NCBI GenBank assembly: GCA_008632985.1
Contig: QPGO01000022.1
Location: 372,001 to 436,000, forward strand
Length of the DNA: 64,000 nucleotides
Source: Psammoneis japonica
Taxonomy: Eukaryota
Direction: 5' to 3'
Shown here: one piece after another, positions 48,101 to 58,704 of the stretch
Layout: every line of letters begins with the position of its first letter
Numbering within the stretch: the stretch's first letter is position 1
The notes under the pieces: generated by a model
The model's database searches: none
What the model was told of the DNA's origin: nothing
What the model saw: only the letters and a program-made list of their open reading frames with translations
Made by a program: the position numbers and the translations under genes

Positions 48101-51100
48101 TCAATTCAAAAGCAAATGAGAACTATGTCGCGCAAAAAGCTCGAGTCGAATTCGCCTGGGAAAAGAATCATTGAACATTTAAGCAGCATCGCCCATGATG
48201 AAAGTCACGGATCACCTATGCTATCGCTTGCCTTCCTCGTTTGGCGCTTGGTTGCATCTGACCTAATCAAGACAACATGTCGAGTACCTGCTTGTAGTAA
48301 TGTGTCTCGACCATCCTTGGTACAAGCGAGGGACCTGAAAGCTCGCCAACCAAAGCTACCAAACGTTCACGTAGCGACCGCTGGTCACGACTGTCGTCAA
48401 AACAACTATTTCCTGGCCGTTACGAAACTCGAGCATTCAACGGTTGGTGCCTTAGAGAAAATGGTTCAAACCGGCGATGAAACGGAGCGATCGGGGAGAA
48501 TAGCGTTGCAATCATTGAAAGACTTGTATCGCGGCTCTTACGAGAAACGCAACGAATTGTCTGATACGCTCAAGGACTTGTCGTCAATTCTCGCACTCTT
48601 CAAATCGCCATCGTCGCTTGCTTTGAGTCAGGAGTTAGAGGATATGCTCAACAAACAGGTACGCGATCTAGCCTGGCTGGCCAAGACCTGCACCTACCGC
48701 ACTCTGCACACTGATGATACGTCGGCTTTGGAAGGCAATGACGAAGACGCTAACAAGGGCAGGGCCATGGGCAGTAGTAAGGTACCGTGGGACGTGCTCG
48801 TTAGCTTATTTGAACGTATGCCAGTTCTTCCTGATCAAGGCGAAAGGAACTCAGGAGACCTGGCGCGCGTAGCCCTTCGTGTGAGAGAACTTCATGATGC
48901 AGCACGCGCATGGCAAGAAGAAGTATCAAGCCTTTTGTCCCTCTCATTTCGAGGCGTGAAAAAAAGGGTGCACTCTTCACCAGAGAGGCAACAGACAAGT
49001 ACTACCGGCAGTGATCACGGATCCCAGCAAAAAGTCGACTTTCGATCTCTGGAGACACTTGCGAGAGATCCCATCCTTGCGAGGGTAGCGATGCCTAGAG
49101 AGGAAGCTGTTCTAGTCGTTGTAGAGAAAGCAGCGGAGTTCGAAAAACAGCTCTGGCATCTCCTCGAAAGAGACTATGAAGGAGTGGGGCCAGATCGGGC
49201 TCGGCTTCCGAAAGGGAGGTCTTTGGTTGGTAAGCGCGGAGAATTCCTATTGTATAGACTAACCGGAAGTGGATTATACGTTGTGCTTCAGGAGTCGTTG
49301 TCATCCCTCGCTGCCACCGGGAGCGAAGTTCTCGCTGAAACACCTGGAAAGTCAACATTTGACTGGATTATGCAAGCCTTTCCTGGATTGAATCCCTCCG
49401 CAAGTCTGTGACAGGCGTCTCACCGTTCGGTAGGACTGTTTCTGGCAAGCTTACAGTCCCGTCCGGTGATGCAAGAAGGCTTCTAGAAGAGGGGAGAGGC
49501 CTCTTTCTCAACGTTCGTGACGACGTTCGAAAAACCCTCTCTATGCATAAAATATCCCTCTCCAGGAACCGGCAGACGGGGAAGTTGAGCGTAATCGTCT
49601 CAAAAAGCGGTGCGCATCATAGCGTTGGCGGCACATTTCTTCGTTGGTGTCCTCTCCTTCTCGAGTGCGTACAAGCAGATATTGAAAAATTGAGAGATTG
49701 GGAAACACGTGTAACTATGGTGTCAAAAGAAGTGAAGAAACTGGTCTCCAACTCGGCTGTTGACGGTGGCGTGTTATATCGAGTATGCCGGCTGCGTGAG
49801 CAGCTAGACTCGATGGCTGCGGAAGGTCGAAGTTCACTTGTTGTTTCCCCAGAGCCGACGTTTGTGAAACTTATGATGCAAGACAGAGACGAAATAGACA
49901 GCTGGCTCGCGAGAGCGTGTTCTAACGAGAGCGAATCAGTTGGCATTGATTCTTTCCTTTCAAAAGTCTTTGAAGATGGCGAAGCAGTTGTGGAGGATAG
50001 ATATCTTTTGCTTAATTCCTTGTTGGGGCGCCATAAACAAAAGAAATGCTCCAACTTGGTCTCTATGTCGACGAGTATTGCTAGACTCGACAACGCGAGT
50101 TTTCGAGACAAAACAAGAGCATTGTTCGAAAGATCGTTTCTCGATGGGATGGAAATGATGGGAATAGGTGAGCAGCCTTATGCCACCTTTTGCGCCTTGA
50201 AGGCACAAGAGCTTGAGCGTGCTGTCCATTGTAGGTTGCAAGGGAATTCAGGTCAGACAGTGATGACAAACGCGTATCGAGAAAAGATTCGCGATCTGCA
50301 TTACAGCCTAGAAGATATCGAAAACCCCATGTTATGTGCTCGCGTTCTAATCGGTGATATCACTGTTGAAAAGCTGGTAGATATGTCGCTGGACCAACTG
50401 CTCACTAAGGATGTTCCCGTCTCTCGGATTTCCAATGTGTCAAAGGCAGCTGTCGGTCTTAAAGACCCTACTGAATCTTCAAAAGGACGACACTTAGAGT
50501 TAGTACCACCCAAACGAGCAAAATCTTCCTCACCGAATCCAAGGGTAGAGCTTGTTGAAGCTCCAAATCCCGTCAACACTGCTCAGGACCGTCTGTCACC
50601 TCTTAATCAGCAGAACAACCAACAGAAAAAGAAATCTTTCAACAAGGCGCAATCGCCTAAAGCAAAACCGACGCCTCTATTTTCATCCCCTTCTCTGAGC
50701 AAGCTGCTTCAGACAGTCTCGTCATCTCCGGCTCCGGCTTCCGATGGACTTGCATCCCCTCCGCGGGCACTCCCACCACCACCCCTAATGACTCAAGTAT
50801 TATCCCCATCGGGTGCATCAAGTCCAAGAGCACCGAGTCCTCCTCCAAGCCCACATTCCAATCCGCATGCTGCCCTCGGTCCAGATTCTTTATTGCTTAA
50901 CTCTGATGGTGGTGATCGCTTCATATTCACCTTCAAAGATGTCAAGTTGACATTTATGGCTGGATTGCACATGGAGGATTTTAGGCATGTCCGTTTGCAC
51001 GGCGTCATTCCGGAGGAACTTACGTCGAAAGGAAGACTGAAGATTCCTGAATTCGCTAAGTTCATTTCATTGAAGCTCAGGGGTGGGAAATGGAAAGCCA

Positions 51101-51321
51101 TTGTGTTGCGATTACAGACTTACTCGGGAGATGATGCATTAGAATACAAGTCATTCTACAAGGACTTTGAGGCAAAGCAACGCATTGCCATGTTTGCTGT
51201 TGGAGATAGTAAGCTCTTCCTTGTAACGCCTCGATTCCATCGGAACTCTCGAGACCTTTGTGAGTTGTTCTCCAATGCAGATTCTACATACGCAGTGTTT
51301 TTGACCAAGGGCAAGTACTAA
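45120..51321 (+). CDS. Large nuclear protein with TFIIS-M and SPOC domains (PHF3/DIDO/BYE1-like); apparent 1-nt deletion near 49380
   Basis: ORFs 45104..49411 and 49408..51321 join if one T is restored in 'gcctttcctgg' (AFSWIESLRK). TFIIS-M 'YREKIRDLHYSLED..NP.L..RVL.G.I....LV.MS' and SPOC 'PEELTSKGRL...KLFLV'. Tudor-like N-terminus. Confidence 0.75.
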
Positions 51322-51328
51322 AGAGTTG

Positions 51329-51497
51329 TACAAGGACTTGATGCGAAACAACGCATTGCCGTGTTTGCTGTTGGAGACAGGAAGCTCTTCCTTGTAACGC
51401 CTCGATTCCATCGAAACTCCCGAGACCTTTGTGAGTTGTTCTCCAATGCAGATTCTGCATACGCAGTGTTTATGACCAAGGGCAAGTGCTAAAGAGT
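51329..51497 (+). repeat. Tandem duplicate of the last ~170 bp of the SPOC gene (51157..51326)
   Basis: Near-identical copy with period 172; 11 substitutions and 1 indel by manual alignment. Confidence 0.92.
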
Positions 51498-51669
51498 GAA
51501 TAAGAATGCCATGCCAATGCGTGCTGGTAAAGGATTTTCGATCGAACCCTCGTGTTGCTTGATCACCATTAATCCCGTAAAGTTTAGCTTTTGTTTTAAG
51601 ACTACGGTGCACTGCGATCGCAACAGGCGGTTGGCACTGTCCTCCAGAAGTCGACATCACTGAGACTTA

Positions 51670-53410
51670 CCACCTTTGTGCCACATGCTCAAGTTGAAAG
51701 AGCACCCTGTCAGCCCTCCTTTCTCCCTGTGGATTTTCTTCTAAAAATGCCAAGCATGTGACATCTGTGTCAAGTGTGCTGGCACCAAATGGAGCCAATC
51801 AAGGATCAGGGCAAATGTCTTGGAGTGCTCCATCTAAACGAGGGACACCACCCCACTGCTCATCCTGTTGCCCCCCCCNCCCCCCCCCAGCCAGCCAACC
51901 CAAAAGGTCAAGGACAATCTGCATGTCAGGGAATGTGCACAATGGTGCCAGGGCAGGCTTTCTGGCACTGGAGCTCAGGGCCAATCTTGCTGTGCAACCC
52001 CACAAGCTCTTGCTGAGTGTGCATGTGTTTCAACCACCCGAGCATTGTTGCCCCCCTCCCAGCCAACCAACCAACAACATGGGCAAGAATCTGTGTGTCA
52101 GGGAGCACGGGCTTTCTGTCACTGAAGATCATGGCCAATCTTGCTGTGCAACCCACAAGCTCTCTTGCTGAGCACATCTCCACTGCTGAGCAGGAGCACA
52201 GCACCCCAGCCACTTGGTGGGCTTCTCCAGCCAGCTGCTGGCTGAAAAAAGTCTGCCTGTCAGCACACTTGTGTGTTTTTCCAGGTGGGCACAACTTCTG
52301 CACAAGGCAAAAGATGTTGAGTTTGTCCAGTGTTTGCTGAATCTAGCCAAAACCCCCAAATGCACTGATTGACAGACTCTTTCAGTGCAAACTCTGCACA
52401 AAAGACAACTCCCTTGGGCCAGCCAGCCACCATCACCCAAACTCTCATTTTCCGCCAACAGCTCTTGCTGGCCACTGTGTGTTGGGCACCAAATGTTCAA
52501 AATGTGGAAGCAGCACAATTTTTGCATGTGGCATTTTTGCCATGCCCTTTGACCTGCAGCGTGGGGCCACCCCCCAGGCAGCTGTGCCACCCCCCATGCA
52601 GACAGCACCAATGGTGTGTGCAGTTGCTCAGCACCAACAGTGACCGAGATGTCAGCGGCCAGCCAAAACCCCCAAATGCATTGATTGACAGACTCTTTCA
52701 GTGCAAACTCTGCACAACAGACAATTCTCTTGGGCCAGCCAGCCACCATTGCCCAAACTCTCATTTTCCACCAACAGCTTTTGCTGGGCACCAAATGTGA
52801 AAAATGTGGAAGCAGCACAATTTTTGCATGGCATGTTTGCCGTGCCCTTTGACCTGCAGTGTGGGGCCACCCCAGGCAGCTGTGCCACCCCCCATGCAGA
52901 CAGCGCCAATGGTGTGCAGTTGCTCTGCACCGACAGTGACCAAGATGTCAGTGGCAACAATGTGAAGTGGCGCCGCCAGCAGCAGCAGCAGTGGCAGCAG
53001 CAGCTGACCCCAACCATGCAGCCGCCTTGTCAAACAATGTGCCCCCCACTGCTCAGTGGGCCACTTGCCCTGCACTCTTGTGTGCACCACCTTTGCCTCC
53101 AGCAGCTCCTGGCCCCAACAAGGTGTCGTTTGTGAGGGTGCACTCTGGGTGCTGCGCTGCTGGTGCTGTGTGAGGCCGCCAACCAGTTGGTGGCATGTGC
53201 TCCAACTCCTCTGCAGTTGGCTGACCAGAGTGCTTGCCATGCCACAGCCACCCAACATGGCAATGGTCATCCAGTGCCATGACTTCTGACACCACAAGGT
53301 CAACCACAACCCACCAGACCACAACATGGTCAACCCCAGCAGCTTGCCTCTCCACTGGAGCAGCAACTGGGAACTTCTTGGAAACAGGCTCTCTGTTGGC
53401 TGCTCTCTGC
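51670..53410. mobile_element. TpA/CpG-depleted degenerate repeat block of unknown class with internal tandem duplication
   Basis: Almost no TA. ~316-bp tandem copies start at 52345 and 52661; a shorter repeat occurs at ~51979 and ~52133; N at 51879. Confidence 0.7.
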
Positions 53411-53797
53411 CGCACTCTCTACCGGCAGCTGCTCTCTACTCTCTACTCTCTGCTAGAGTAGAGTAGAGCTACCACTAGCTCTGCGGTGCTCCTGCTCTAG
53501 CTGCTGCTAGTAGCTGGCAGAGTAGAGAGACTCAGCCTGTGTCGAGAGCGCGTGCTGGCGGTGCGGCAAGCGGTGCGTGTGCGCACCGTGCGTAGTTTGG
53601 AAGTTCGTGGTGCAGAACGCAAACACGGAACAACATGGCACATGGCTGCTGGCTGCTCATTGCATTTGCATCTGCTGCGTTGCAGTTGTTGGTACGGTGT
53701 ACGGTAGTTTGAATTTGCGTTGAATGCCTTTTTTAGTCATTGATATAAGTTGTAAGACACGGATATCGAGAATTTCCATTGATTCGCTGCAACAGCA

Positions 53798-55270
53798 ATG
53801 CTCTCTTCAGCTCCACAGCCCCCTGCAAAGGCATGTCCAGGAAACGAGAACGAGAGTCCTTTTCACTTGTTGATGCTTGCTCCCTGCAAACAGGACGTGA
53901 TAAATGATCCAAAGTTTGAGGATGATTATTTGGCGCGAAGGCAGAAAGCCTACAGAAGACGAGAAACACCCCCAACAATCGCCTCTGAAGACAACGAAGC
54001 TGCTCTGTGGTCTGGCGCATCTCCATTCGAACGAGCGATTGTTGAGTGTTGCGAGGTTGAAGGAGGCGGCTTAGCCAAGGGCAGAGAACTTGACTTTTTG
54101 GGTGTCATTGCGCGCCACTGCCATACAACCGCTAGTCAAGCACTTGCTCTAGCCGTGCTGCAAAGAACTGTGGATGGCAATGACAAAGAAGAATATGATT
54201 CTTCGTCTGATGACGGAGAGGATTCTTGCTATGACGAATCGCCAGATGATCAAAGTGAGTCTGGCTCTGCAGCTGAAGAAGGCGTAAATGGAAAGTCGGA
54301 AGATTCGAATGAGAGACCGGTTGATATCGATAGAATAAGTCCATTCTTGGTAGCTGGCGGGTTGCAGCTTTTGAAATCGTGGTTTGTAGACAGTTCGACT
54401 CCGTTAAGCAGGGGGGCAACTTCGGCAGCACCTGCATACGTCAGTGATACCAAATCGAACCCACCAACAGGCCCCATTTTACTCCCCTTATTGGCTCTTC
54501 TAGAAGCGATACCGTTCAACAAGAAACTTATTCGGGAAACGAGGATAAACAAGGATATACGAAACCTAAAGAAGCAACTGGACGAAGCTGTTTCAACCTT
54601 TGGTGCGGAAGGAGTGAAACTGCAGAAATGGAGGGACCCTAGAGCTGGTGGCAATCGTGTCGTCGAGGTTTTAAATGCATTGCAGTCTCTCATGAACAGT
54701 TGGCAAGAAAAGGCCGTAGACAGTTCCCAGATTCCTTTTCCGCAAGATCCATTCGAGTCACTACGTGACGCTATGCGCAAACGAATGGACATTCTTTCTG
54801 ATTATAATGCCAACCATAATACGAAAAAGCCAGAATGGCTTGAACGATTCGAAGAGAAAAAACGTGGGAGAAAAAAGGCACCAAAACTATCCACGCGCCA
54901 GCTGGAAGCCCTTGAGCGACGAAACGAGAGGGAAAGACTACACAATCAGATCAACAAGACTCAAAAAGAAATCAAGGAAGCCGAAGAAAGGAAGCGACAG
55001 GCAGCCGAAAGGCTGAAACAGATTAGGTTGAAGAGTCAAGAAGGCGAAAAACGGAAAGCGACGACTGAGAACAACGAAAGAAAGAAGAGGAAGACTGTGC
55101 AATGGAGCGATGGGCTGAAAGAGGAGGATACTCCAACACAGAAAGACTTGCTAGAAACTGTTCATGAGTACCCGCCAGAAGGTAGAGAAGATGAGGGTGG
55201 ATTTAGTGACAGCGAAATGCCTGAAGATGGAAGTGGGACATGGTATGATGATGCAGTGCCGTTCTTGTAA
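53798..55270 (+). CDS. PNUTS/PPP1R10-like protein (TFIIS N-terminal-like domain plus PP1-binding RVxW motif)
   Basis: 'GGLQLLKSWF...LLALLEAIPFNKKLIRETRINKDIRNLKK...LMNSW' is TFIIS-N-like. 'KKRKTVQW' resembles the PNUTS RKRKSVTW motif. Confidence 0.6.
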   Translation: MLSSAPQPPAKACPGNENESPFHLLMLAPCKQDVINDPKFEDDYLARRQKAYRRRETPPTIASEDNEAALWSGASPFERAIVECCEVEGGGLAKGRELDFLGVIARHCHTTASQALALAVLQRTVDGNDKEEYDSSSDDGEDSCYDESPDDQSESGSAAEEGVNGKSEDSNERPVDIDRISPFLVAGGLQLLKSWFVDSSTPLSRGATSAAPAYVSDTKSNPPTGPILLPLLALLEAIPFNKKLIRETRINKDIRNLKKQLDEAVSTFGAEGVKLQKWRDPRAGGNRVVEVLNALQSLMNSWQEKAVDSSQIPFPQDPFESLRDAMRKRMDILSDYNANHNTKKPEWLERFEEKKRGRKKAPKLSTRQLEALERRNERERLHNQINKTQKEIKEAEERKRQAAERLKQIRLKSQEGEKRKATTENNERKKRKTVQWSDGLKEEDTPTQKDLLETVHEYPPEGREDEGGFSDSEMPEDGSGTWYDDAVPFL

Positions 55271-55729
55271 GCTTTCACGGTTTTGTAAACTGCAGCGTAC
55301 TGTCGGAGTAAGATTCTAATGAGCACCTGCAATTGAAACTGCACCTCTCGTTCTTGTTCGCTACTTTTTTTAGAGCCTCTCTACCTATATGTTTTGTCTA
55401 GCTACTTCTAGCTAGAGAGTAGAAGGTACAAAAAAGTCATGTGCCGTAAAAATGGATACCTCACGGTTGAATCGAGGTCGAGAGAAATTACAAAGAGGAA
55501 GAGTTTGAAAAAACACTGTACAGGACGAGCGCGGAGGAAATTTAGATATTTAAATGCAGTTAAAGCAGCATGCAGTACTAGAGCGAGGAGCGAGCGACGA
55601 GCATCGAAAACCTGGTATTTTACGGTCCTACCGTATTTCTTCACCATTCTACCGGTACGGCAGAGCAATTCAAGAGTGTACACACCCCGACTTGCTAATC
55701 GTTGCACAGTTAAATCGCCATACCTCATC

Positions 55730-58594
55730 ATGAGGTTCGATCTTGATGGACTCGATGTCTTCTTTCCGTATGATCGCATCTATCTTGAGCAGCATCAGTA
55801 CATGAGGTCTCTGAAACAGTCCTTGGATGCAGGAGGTCATTGTCTCTTGGAGATGCCAACAGGCACTGGGAAAACAGTATGTTTGTTGTCACTGATAACT
55901 TCATATCAGTTCGCTAATCCATCTTCCGGAAAACTCGTGTATTGCACTCGCACGGTTCCTGAGATGAACGCCGTCATGGAGGAACTAGGAACTGTTCTGG
56001 CATATCGCGCTGAGCAGCTGCGACTACAAGAAACTCATTCAACGGTGGTCGATGTTGACATGGAAGATGCGAATAACTCTTGCCAGGAACATGGCGAAGA
56101 AACGACCGAGGTACGAGGAAAAGATGGAAACGGGGCTAGGAAGAAAGCTCGCAGAGTATACAGCGGGAAGAAGAAATCCCCGATGGGCCCAATATCAGAT
56201 GGAAAGGGGGCCGGAGGTAGCGGCGTACTCGCGCTGTGCTTGTCGAGTCGAAGAAACATGTGTATCCACGAACGCGTCCTTCACGAAAGCGATCGAGAGG
56301 CAGTGGACGCTGCTTGTCGAAGCATGACGAGCACCTGGGTACTGGAAGAATCGCGAAAGCACCCAGGGTCCATGGAGACTTGCTCCTTCTATGACACGTT
56401 TCAGGCAGCTGGAGAAGAAATTTCAATGCCGTCTGGCGTTTATGATCTTGAAGAGTTGAAAAAGTGGGGAAGATCGAGGGGGTGGTGTCCATACTATCTC
56501 ACGCGGCAGGCCATCAACCACGCAAATATTCTGGTGTTTAACTATCAATACATGCTTGACCCAAAAGTTGCAAAGATGGTATCAAAAGAACTTGAGGCCG
56601 AGTCGATAGTGATTTTTGACGAGGCGCATAATATCGACAGTGTGTGTATTGAAGCATTGTCGGTAGCTATTAATGACCGAGGACTGGAACAGGCGACCCG
56701 ATCATTAGGCCGCCTTTCATCGGAAGTTACTCGAATCAAGGCGTCAGACAGTCAACGCTTGCAAACCGAGTACCAAAACTTGGTAAATGGCTTGGTTGAT
56801 CAGGGACTTCTGGATGCACCCGCTAACGACATTGGTCTTGCAAGTGTGAGTCAATCAACATAGCTCTCCGATTTGCGGGCATCAACCTTCATCTCATCCT
56901 CTCCTTCGACGTTTAATCGCAGAATGTCCTTAGCCCAGATGTCCTGAATGAAGCAGTGCCTGGAAATATTCGCCGTGCGGAACACTTCATCGCGTTTATG
57001 AAAAAAATTGTTGAGCACTTAAAGTCGCGCTTAAAGGCAGTGTCGGGACCAAACGGTGGTGTCCAAAGTGAGACTCCGCTGGCATTCTTGCATCGCATGA
57101 CAAACGGCACATCACTAGAGGCCAAACCACTTCGCTTTGCATACTCGCGACTTTCCTCGTTGTTGAGAACACTGCAGGTTTCGAATCTTGATGATTTTCA
57201 TGCGCTCACCGATGTTGCGGATTTCGCTACTTTGCTAAGCACATATTCGGAGGGAGTGGCCAAATTTGCAATAATAATGGAGCCAAATGGCTCTTCCATT
57301 CCTGGTGCAGTCGATCCAGTGATCCAGCTTGCGTGTCTAGACTCATCCCTTGCGATCGCGCCAGTGTTTAAGCGATTTGGAAGCGTGGTCATCACGTCAG
57401 GCACCTTGTCACCGATTGACCTCTATCCAAAGCTTCTTCAGTTCCAGCCCTGCGTCTCAGAGTCTTTGAGCATGTCAACATTTCGCCCGTGTATCCGGCC
57501 TCTGGTGATCACCCGCGGATCTGATCAATTGGCGGTTTCCACAAAGTTCGACGATCGTGGTGATATGGGTGTTGTTCGAAATTACGGTATGTTCCTCCTT
57601 TCGTGCTTGTATTATAGGTGCATAGGGCAGTGCGGACTTATGCTTTCGGAGTGTTGTATCTTTTGGTCCGCTTTACATACCCACAGGAGCGATGCTGGTA
57701 GAGTTGTGTAGTGTGATACCTGACGGTGTAGTGGCTTTCTTTACGAGTTACGCGTACATGGAGTCTCTGGTGCAAGATTGGGATTCTAGTAAGCACCGCT
57801 GCTTGGGGTCTTGTTTTTCTAAATTATATGAGCGACACTTACAGGCTTCGTTTCGCTACTAGTGGGAATTCTGCGTGAACTTACGAAATCAAAGCTGGTA
57901 TTTATTGAAACCAAAGATGTTGTGGAGACTACGTTAGCACTAGACAATTATCGACGTGCTTGTGACTGTGGTCGTGGTGCAGTGTTTTTGTCAGTAGCCA
58001 GAGGAAAGGTGCGGTACTAACCGTGCATAGTTCTGACGGTTCATCATCTTCGACGATAGCTTATTGTTTCTCTTTTCCATTTAGGTTTCCGAAGGAATTA
58101 ACTTCGATCGACACTATGGTCGTGCTGTGCTCATGTTTGGTGTTCCTTTCCAATACACATTAAGTCACGTGTTGCGGGCGCGATTGGAGTATCTGCAGAC
58201 TCACTACCAGATTCGAGAACAAGACTTTTTAAACTTCGACGCATTGCGTCAAGCTTCTCAGTGTGTCGGCCGTGTGATAAGATCCAAAACGGATTATGGA
58301 CTGATGATCTTTGCGGACAGTCGATACAATCGCCACGACAAAAGGTCAAAGCTCCCGAAGTGGATTCTGCAGTTTCTCAGCGATGCTTACCTGAATCTTA
58401 GCACTGATATGGCCATTCAACATGTGAAGCAGTTCTTACGTCTGATGGGTCAACCTATTGATCAAGTTGCTCTTCAAAGTGTGCTTCTTACACTGGAAGA
58501 AGTTCAACGTATGAATCCTCCCCCTGTTCAAGCAACAACGTCGGCTGGTGAAGGCGGAGCAATGGTTAGCGAATCTAGCGCTTCTGCTCCTTGA
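55730..58594 (+). CDS. ERCC2: TFIIH helicase XPD/RAD3; introns 56846..56922, 57587..57686, 57789..57862, 58009..58084
   Basis: 'VFFPYDRIY', EMPTGTGKT, Fe-S region '[10 protein letters not shown]', DEAH, 'ITSGTLSP', 'SVARGKVSEGINF' and '[14 protein letters not shown]'. Confidence 0.96.
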
Positions 58595-58704
58595 GAAGGT
58601 ATGGTATGGTATGTACCTAGATGGTGTTCAATAAAGTTGCTTATCTTAATAAATATAATTAGAAAAGCCGAACAAATGCTTTCTTTCCGCGTTTTGGTGA
58701 TTGC

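Noticed and set aside
2438..49411. Single frameshifts in the DEAD-box helicase (~2445), BUD23 (~7470), eEF1B (~21762) and the SPOC protein (~49380), read as programmed frameshifting or pseudogenes
   Set aside because: Most are repaired by adding one base to a short homopolymer, and the genes are otherwise intact and conserved. This is typical of long-read consensus deletion errors. Read or RNA-seq polishing would decide.
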